From NCBI GenBank assembly GCA_032161105.1, contig JAVHTD010000014.1: a DNA stretch of 64,000 bases; one strand, 5' to 3'. The translations under genes were made by a program, and so were the position numbers. Below, piece by piece: positions 1-9,000 of this stretch (position 1 is its first letter; each line of letters starts with the position of its first letter). Source of the stretch: Candidatus Thermosaccharophagus tengchongensis (GTDB lineage Bacteria > Armatimonadota > Fervidibacteria > Fervidibacterales > Thermosaccharophagaceae). The notes beneath the pieces are model-generated. The model was not told where the DNA came from, did not search any database, and was given only the letters and a program-made list of their open reading frames with translations.

Positions 1-2
1 GG

Positions 3-3000
3 GTGATGGACACAGCCAACAATGTTGTTGATGGTGTTAATGCTGAGTTTAGTGTTGACAATGGGCAAGTAAATCCGAAGGATGCATTGGTGAGGAATGG
101 AGAGGCGACAGCTACTCTTATTGCCAGCAATGTGTCTGGTGTGGCGAATGTTAGGGTGAGGGTATTGAGGTATGTTGCTGCGACTCAGGTGACATATGTC
201 CCAGTTGATATTGCGAGGGTGAATGTCTCTGCAGCGCCGATTGAAATTCCGGTCGGAGCTTCCACTTCATCCATCTCGGTCACGGTTCTTGACTCATCCA
301 ACCGCCCAGTTGAAGGCGCAGTGGTTACATTCTCCACAGATAAAGGCTTCCTCATTGTCGGACAAGGTATAACAAATGCGGCGGGGATAGCGACTGCCAC
401 GCTATACAGCGATACGACTGTTGGAGAGGCGACGGTGACGGCAACTGCCACATATGAGGGCAAGGTTGCCACAGGGCAAGTTAAGGTCAGATTTATCCCC
501 GGAAGTGCCGCAAGAATAACCATTGAGGTTAGGAACAGCCGTGGCGAGGTGGTAGATCCGAATGAAAAGCCAGTTGAAGCAAACAATGTTGACTATTACG
601 AGCTCATTGCCTATGTTACCGACCAGTATGGCAATCCGGTCAGGGATGGCACAGTTGTGACATGGAAGATTGACCCCAACTTCCGTCAAACTGCACAAGG
701 TGGCGTGTCAACGACACAGAATGGCAAAGCGAGGAATGAAATTCTCTCAAGCGTCTTCTGTGTTGGGCAGGTTGCTGCAATCGTTGACCCAATATTCGCC
801 ACAACGCAACTTGTCTTTGTTCCCGGTCCGCCTGTGACGGTTGTCGCAAATGCTATACCACCAGTCATTGAAGCCGGCGTTGGTGAGGCAATCATAACGG
901 CAAGGGCTTTTGATGCGCAGAAGAATCCAATTAACATTGAACTTGGTGGCACACCCGGTGCTGGAGTGCCGAATGTCATCAAGGGCAAAAGGAGTGTTGA
1001 CTTCGTCTTCTCAACGAATGCCGGCTTGCTTGATGACCTTGAAAGCGGTGTCAATCATGAAATTGGCACAACTGTCACCGTCAAGGGGGATACAATCGTT
1101 GACAATGGCGGCATTGCAACTGTAAAGCTGATTGCCGGGAGCACCGCCAACACAAACGCAACGATAACGGTTAAGGCAGGAACCGCCGTTGGGACGGTAA
1201 GTGTTGCATTTGTCCCAAGCGAGGCAGCTCAGTTGGTCGTAACAGCACAACCGCAGCAAATACCGGGCAACATGATTGCCACAAGCACATTGCGTGTTGA
1301 AGTTAGGGATGAAAAAGGCAACCCAGTCCGAGATGAGACACCAGTCCAATTTGAGATAGAAAGCGGCAATGTTGAGGACGGCGTCTTCCTGCCGAGTAAT
1401 GGCACGCGCCAGACTGCATTGACAAGCGGCGGAGTTGCCACCGTCGTTTACCGAAGCGGTCTGAACATACTTGATGGCACAAAGAATGTGTCAATCAAGG
1501 TGACAAGCGGAAAGGCAAGCATCAGGTATAGCATAACGCTGCAGTCGGCAAAGCCGCATTCAGCAACGCTTGTTGCAAATCCATCCACGATACCGGCAAA
1601 TGGCTTAGCCACATCAACGATAACGGCGACAGTGCGCGATGCCAATGGCAACCCAGTTCCAATTGGAACTGTGGTTGTGTTCAAGACGGATAATGCCACA
1701 TTCGTGAATGCCACTTCGGGTGATGGAAAAGAGGCAAGAGGTGCCACCGATGTCAATGGGGTTGTGGTTGTCACTTTGAGGAGCAGCACAAGGGCTGGTA
1801 TTGCGAAGGTTTGGGTGGATGAGGCAATAGTCAATGGGACAACAGTAACACTCACGCAAGTTGGCAGCACAACTGTCCAAATGATTGGAGTTCAAGCGGT
1901 GATGACGCTGGTGTCCGACAAGGCAAGCTTGCCGGCTGACGGCACAAGCTATGCCATGCTTACGCTCACGCTCAGGGATGCTCAGGGCAACCCAATTGTG
2001 ACCGACCCAACCAAGGATGAGGACAACATCAGGTTCACCACAACTGGTGGCACGCTGAAGACGCTCACCGGTGCTGACTTGCCAATTAATGGCGTTGATA
2101 CCGATGCCAACGGCACTGTAAAGGTGCGCTTGGTGGCGCCATTCAATCCGGGGGCTGCTACAGTCACTGCAACATTTGTGAGAGATGGCGTCATAACGAG
2201 GGCTCAAGAGGATGTGGTATTCCATCCGCTCGCCATCAGAGTGGTTGCCAATCCAGACACCATACGAGCTGATGGCATATCCACATCAACGATAATGGCG
2301 TTCTTGCAAGATGCAGTGACGAGTGAGCCGGTAGCTCAAGGCACATTGGTGACATTCACAACGACGCTTGGGACTATCACGGCAGCCGATGAATCGCCGG
2401 AGCTTCCGGGCATACAGGTGAGCGTGAAAGGTTATAACGGGCAAGTCACAGCGACTTTGTTGAGCAGTCATCAGCCCGGTGTCGCAACTGTCACCGCATC
2501 GGTTGGCACATCCTCAGGCAGTGGGAACATCACACTCATTGGTGCACCAGCGAACATCACCTTGACAGCAGTGCCAGCGCAAATAAGGTCTGGTGGGATG
2601 GACACATCAACGATAACTGCCCAAGTTGTGGATGCAGCTGGAAATCCTGTCTGGGATGGGACGCTCATAACATTCCAGACCACGCTCGGAACGCTTTCAC
2701 CAGACGAAGATGGCAACCCAGCTAACGGCGCTCAAAGGCACACAGTTGGCGGAAGAACATTTGTCCTGCTGACGAGCGGCAATGAGGTTGGCATTGCAAC
2801 TGTTTCGGCGAAGACCGAGAACGATGTTGTGGCATCGGCGCTCGTGCAAATAACATCTGGTGCGCCTGCGAGCATCGCGCTTGTGGCAGAGCCAGATAGA
2901 ATTGTTGCAGATGGTGTGACAGGTTCTCGCATTATCGCCACAGTGAAGGACGCAAATGGCAACCCGGTTGTCAACGCGCCAGTTTACTTCTCCACGACTC

Positions 3001-6000
3001 TCGGGACAATTGTGCCGCAGGTAGCCATTACGAATTCGCAGGGCATAGCAGCGGCAACCTTAACAAGCACATCTGTTGGCGTGGCTAATGTTACAGCCAC
3101 ATCTGGTCCGGTTTCAAGCCGCGTCACAGTCACTGTCATCAAAGGTGTGCCGGCGACAGTGACCTTAAGCAGCAATGTTGATGAAGTCTACGCTCACGGT
3201 GTCGGAAAGGCACCAGACAGCGCAACGATTACAGTTACAGTGCGCGATGCAAACAATGCTCCGGTTGATGGCGTGCCCGTCTTCCTGACGACCACACTCG
3301 GCAGCATTACATCAAGCGTCACAACGAATGCACAGGGGACTGCAACAGCTACATTCACAAGCGGCTTGCAGTCTGGTGATGCCGTCATAACTGCACAGGC
3401 TGGCAGCATTGCAGCCAGCTTGACTATAAAGGTCAAGCCCGGTGCGCCAGAGCAAGTCGTATTGAGCGCCAACCCGAATGTGATATTCGCCGATGGTGTT
3501 AGCACTTCGCGGTTGACAGCGACAGTGTTAGACAAGAATGGCAACCCGGTTGAGGATGGCACTCAGGTGGAATTCAAAGCGACTGCTGGGACAATTATTG
3601 GCAGCCCGGCAGCTACAGCCAATGGACAAGCGCAAGCCACATTGCGCTCCACAACGAGCGAGACCAATGTCACAGTGACGGCAACCGCGAATGGCAAGAG
3701 CGATAGCACGATAGTGCGCTTTGCTAAGGTTGAGCCGGCTGCGATACAACTGAGCGCTCAGCCGAGCTCGCTCAGCGTTGGCGGCATCGCCGGCAGAGTG
3801 ACGCAAAGCAAAGTGACAGCAGTTGTGCTTGATGCTCAGGGGAGACGCGTAGCCAACGGGACACCTGTGGTGTTGCGCACAAGCAAAGGCAACTTTGTTG
3901 AGAGTGGGCAACCGACATACGAGGCGTTGACGAGCAATGGGCAAGTTGTAGCCACGCTTGATGTGAGCGGTGAGAATGAGAGCGGCATTGCGCTTGTCAC
4001 CGCTGAAAGTGGGCAGGCTGTTGCATCGCTGAGCATACCTGTGCAACCCGGACCGCCAACTGCGATAACGCTAACGGCAATGCCAAGTTCAATACCGGCG
4101 GATGGCGTAAGCTCATGCACGCTTATCGCCAGAGTGCAAGACCAATACGGCAACCCAGTGCCTAACCAGCCTGTGGCGTTCTCCGCAACGAGGGGCAACA
4201 TCAATCCAGTAACAGCAACTACGAATGTCCTCGGCATTGCCTCAGCTACTCTGACGAGCGTTTCAAGCAGCGTTGATATTGTGGTTGCAGTTACGGCTCA
4301 AAGCGGCAATACGACGGCGACGGTAACGGTGACATTCACAGCTGTCAGGGCGGCAAGCATAACATTGACGGCAAATCCACCAACCATACCCGCAGATGAC
4401 ACGACGACATCCACGATAACGGCGGTTGTGAATGACGCAAATGGCAACCCGGTTCCGGATGGCACGACTGTCACATTCGTCACCGACTTCGGTGAATTCA
4501 CAAATGGCTTGACAACTCAGGATGTTGGGACGCTCAACGGAAGGGCAAATGTGGCGCTGCGCTCTCGTGCTTGGCTTGCTGGCATTGCCCATGTCACTGC
4601 CACATCCGGCAATGTGAGCCAGACTGTCACAGTGACCATAACTGCGGGCATGCCGGCATTGGTTGAGTTATCAGCGATGCCAGAGAGGGTGCCGGCAGAC
4701 AATCAAACGGCGGCGATTGTGAGAGCCGAAGTAAGGGATATCGCAGGCAACCCGGTTTCGGGTGCGATTGTGACATTCAGCACAACACTCGGAACATTCA
4801 CCAATGCACAGGTGTCAACTGATGCTCAAGGTGTGGCTGTAACGCAGATACGAAGCAACAGGGTTGGCACTGCAACGATAACGGCTGTCTCGGGAAGCGC
4901 AAGCAGCGTGCAAGTGCAGGTTGAGTTTATCACACCTGCAGCAACGATACAGCTTGTAGCGGCACCGACAACGATCAAAGCTGATGGAGGACAATCACGC
5001 ATCACTGCCACTGTGATGGATGGCTTTGGAAAGCCAGTCCCAGATGGCACGGTCGTCAGGTTCAGCATACCGAGTGCCAATCATGGCAGGCTGCAACCCG
5101 ACACCGATGCTAACCCGGTAACGGAGCCCGTAAAGACGGCAAATGGGCAGGCGTCGGTGACGCTCATTGGCAGTGTGAATGTTCCACCACCCGGCGTTTG
5201 CCCGGTGACTGCGGAGGCTGATACTGCAACTGGCGTTGTGCGTGCGACGGTTGAAGTTGTGTTGGCAAAAGAGCCAGCGCGAATAATGCTCACTGCCATA
5301 CCGAGCTCAATAAGGGCTGATGGAACAAGCACATCGCAAATTCGTGCCCTCGTCACCGATGAGAACAACCATGCTGTTGCTGATGGCACGCCGATTAAGT
5401 GGAAGGCTGCAGCTGGAAGAATTGACGCTCAAACTACGACGGTGAACGGTGAAGCGAGGGCAACACTCACAAGCAGCCCAGTGCCACAGGCTAAGCCGGT
5501 CACAGTGACGGCATTCTACGATGCAAATAACAACAACGATGTGGATCCAGGTGAGGCATTCGGAACGGTTGATGTCATCTTCAGCGCCGGACCAGCTGCA
5601 TCACTCATGCTAACCGCACAGCCGCAGACACAAGTTGCCGATGGAGTAAGCGTTGTCCAGCTGAAGGCGATAATCAAGGATGAGCTTGGCAACCCAGTGG
5701 CTGATGGCACTGCGGTCATCTTCCAGACCAACCTCGGCACATTCGTTGGCGCACCGGCTCCCGGAACAGCATACCCAACGAGCACCGTCAACGGTGAGGC
5801 AAGCGCATCGCTCATCAGCAATCAAACCGGGCTTGCAACCGTCACTGTGCAAGTTGGCTTGCTTGCAAGGCAAGTTGTTGTGAGCTTCAAACCCGGTCAG
5901 GCTGCATCAGTGGCGCTTTCGGCGAATCCGGCGGTGGTCTTCCCTGAGGATGGGCGTGAGGTGCTAATAACGGCGACGGTGCTTGACAGGCTCAACAATC

Positions 6001-9000
6001 CAGTTGAGGATGGCACGAGGGTTGAATTCACAGTCACAGCATACGATGGCACCGATTACACAGCCAACTTGCGCAGGCTTGATGGCGTATACAGCAACAT
6101 TGTTAGCACCGTCAGCGGGTTGGCTCAAATCAAGCTTGTGCGTGCCACAAAGAACGATGTCGGAATTTACACTGTGCGTGCCAACGCTCTCTCCAATGGC
6201 AATGTGCTGGCGTCGGCACTTACACAAGTGCGCTTTGCTGGCGAGCCGGCGGAATTGATTGCGGCAGCTAACCCGACGGTCATCATCGCCGATGGCAGGT
6301 CAACTTCAACGATAACGGTGACGGCAAGGGACATCCTTGGCATGCCAGTTGCTGATGGGACGGTGATCAACTTCACAACCACTTCCGGAAGCGTCACCTC
6401 AACTGGAAGAACCGTTGGCGGGCAAGTGGTTGCAACATTGACAAGCTCAATGCAACCAACACCGCCGAATGCGCCGGCAGTTGTGACGGCGTGGTATGAT
6501 GCCGACGGCGACAGGATGCCATCTTATGGCTTTGAGCCGATAGCCACCGTTGAGGTTGTGTTCACGACTGGGGCACCGGCAAGAGTGACATTGACAGCGA
6601 CGCCAACGCAAGTCGTTGCTGATGGGATAAGCACATCCACGATTGTCGCAACAGTAGTGGATGCGCTCAATCGCCCAGTCATTGATGGCGTGCAAGTGAC
6701 ATTCACAACGAACCTCGGGACATTCCCGAATGGTCAGCCGGCATTCACAACCGTGACGAGCGGCGGCACAGGTCAAGCAAGCGCAATACTTACAAGCCCG
6801 AGGGCGCCTGGAGTTGCGAATGTGACAGCGACGGTCGCAGGGATAACAAGCACACCAGTAACAATCTCGTTTGTCCCGGGTGAGCCGGCTTCCATCATTT
6901 TGACTGCATCGCCGATGCGCTTGAAGGCTGGCACAAGTATGACATCGCTCATAATGGCAACGCTCCGTGATGCCAATGGCAATCCGGTAGCTGACGGCAC
7001 TGAAGTGACATTTGAGGTGAGCGGCACAAGCCAGTTCATAACTTCAATTCCGGCTCTAACGAGAAATGGCGTTGCTGTAGCTACATTGCGCGGCGACGAA
7101 ACAAATCCTGCACCACGCCGTGAGCTCATCACAGCGAAGGCTAAAACGAGCAGCGGCTATGTGAGCAACATAATTGAAATCCCATTCATCGGCGCGCCGC
7201 AATATGTCACACTGACGGCAGCTCCAACGACAATAACGGCAGATGGCACCTCAACTGCGAGGATAACGGCTACCATATTTGATGCGGCTGGCAACCCAGT
7301 TTACGATGGCACGGTTGTTGAGTGGAGTGTTGTTCCAACACCGCCAGATTTGACTGTGCGCATCTCGGGCGATGGAAGCACAAGTAACGGTGTTGCAACG
7401 GCAACACTCAGAGCGCCAAATCGCCCCGGAAGCGCCGCAGTGACAGTGACAGCAACGGAGACGGGTGTTCAGGCGTCCATCACGATAAGGTTCATACCGA
7501 ATGCAATTGCGCAAATCACGATCACAGCTGAGCCGCCGGAGATTGATGTCCTTGGTGCCAATGGCATTGAGGCAACGACGATAACGGCAGTCGTCACAGA
7601 TGCAGCTGGCAATCCCGCACCCGATGGGACAATCGTCTTCTTCAGCGCAACGAGCGGGACGATTGAACCGGCAAAGCCAACTCAAGGTGGTATCGCAAGG
7701 GCTACATTGGCGAGCAGCACTATCGCCAATAACAATGTCGTAGTCACTGCACAGACTAACGGTGTGAGCGCTCAAACAACGGTTAAATTCCGTCCCGGTC
7801 CCGCAAGGCGAGTGAGCCTCACCGCAACACCGAACCGAGTGGTAGCAAACGGCTATAGCCAAATTGCGATAACGGCACGCATCGTTGATGTCAATGGGAA
7901 CAATGTGGCAGATGCAACTCCAGTTTGGTTCTTCGCCACGCAGGATAACCATCAACCCGGCATGTTCATTGGTGGCACTTACGATCACGCCCAGAACAGG
8001 GCTCAAATTAGGTCGTTCACTCAGGGTGGCGTTGCTACAGCGGTGCTGCGTTCAAGTAAGACTGCCGGCACCGTCACAATTGTTGCCCAGGCATTCCTCA
8101 TCACCGATGAGACAGGTGACCCGAACAATTTGCCGCCGGCACAGGCAAGCGGGAATGTGCAAGTTGTATACGAGTCTGGTGTGCCTGCAACTGTGCAAGT
8201 GAGCGTTGACCCGAGATCAATCTATGTCAGCGGCGTCGGCGTTGAGCCATCAAGCGCCATCATAACCGCATTTGTGCTTGACGCGGATGGTATACCGGTT
8301 GAAGGTGGCACAGCCACATTCTCAATTGCAGCCAATCAGGGCACCTTGACTGACGAGTATGGCAATGATAACGACGGCTCACCGATGACAGAAACGGTGA
8401 CGATTGGCGTTGGCGATAAGGCTGGCATTGCGAAGGCACGCATAACTGCAGGAACAATTGCCGGGACGGTGACAATCTCAGTCGCAGCGACGAAGTTAAG
8501 CGTGACGGCAACCGGCGTGGGTAGCATCACATACATGCCCGGTCCGGTGCACACGATTGTGTGCTTTGCCAACCCAACTGCAATACCCGCTGATGGGACA
8601 AGCGTGACAACTATCTCGGCGATAGTGCGTGATGCACACGGCAACGCAATACCATCGGTTACGGTGACATTCGTATCCGACATTGGGACTATACCTGTGC
8701 CTCAATCGGTTACGGATAGCAGGGGCATAGCGACAACGACATTGCGCAGTGTGGCAAGCGATAAGACTGTCACGGCAACAGTTACGGCAAGGTCCGGTGA
8801 CAAGTCCGCCACAACACAAGTGACATTCAGCAGCGTCCTTGCTGACACAATCGTGCTTGCAGCCAACCCGATGGCAATTGTCGCTGACGATGGTCAAAGC
8901 GCGATGACTGTTACAGCAACAGTTACTGCAAGAGGGCAACCAGTCCCGGATGGGACTATGGTCACATTCTCGGTATCGTCTGGCTCCATTGACTCAGCTC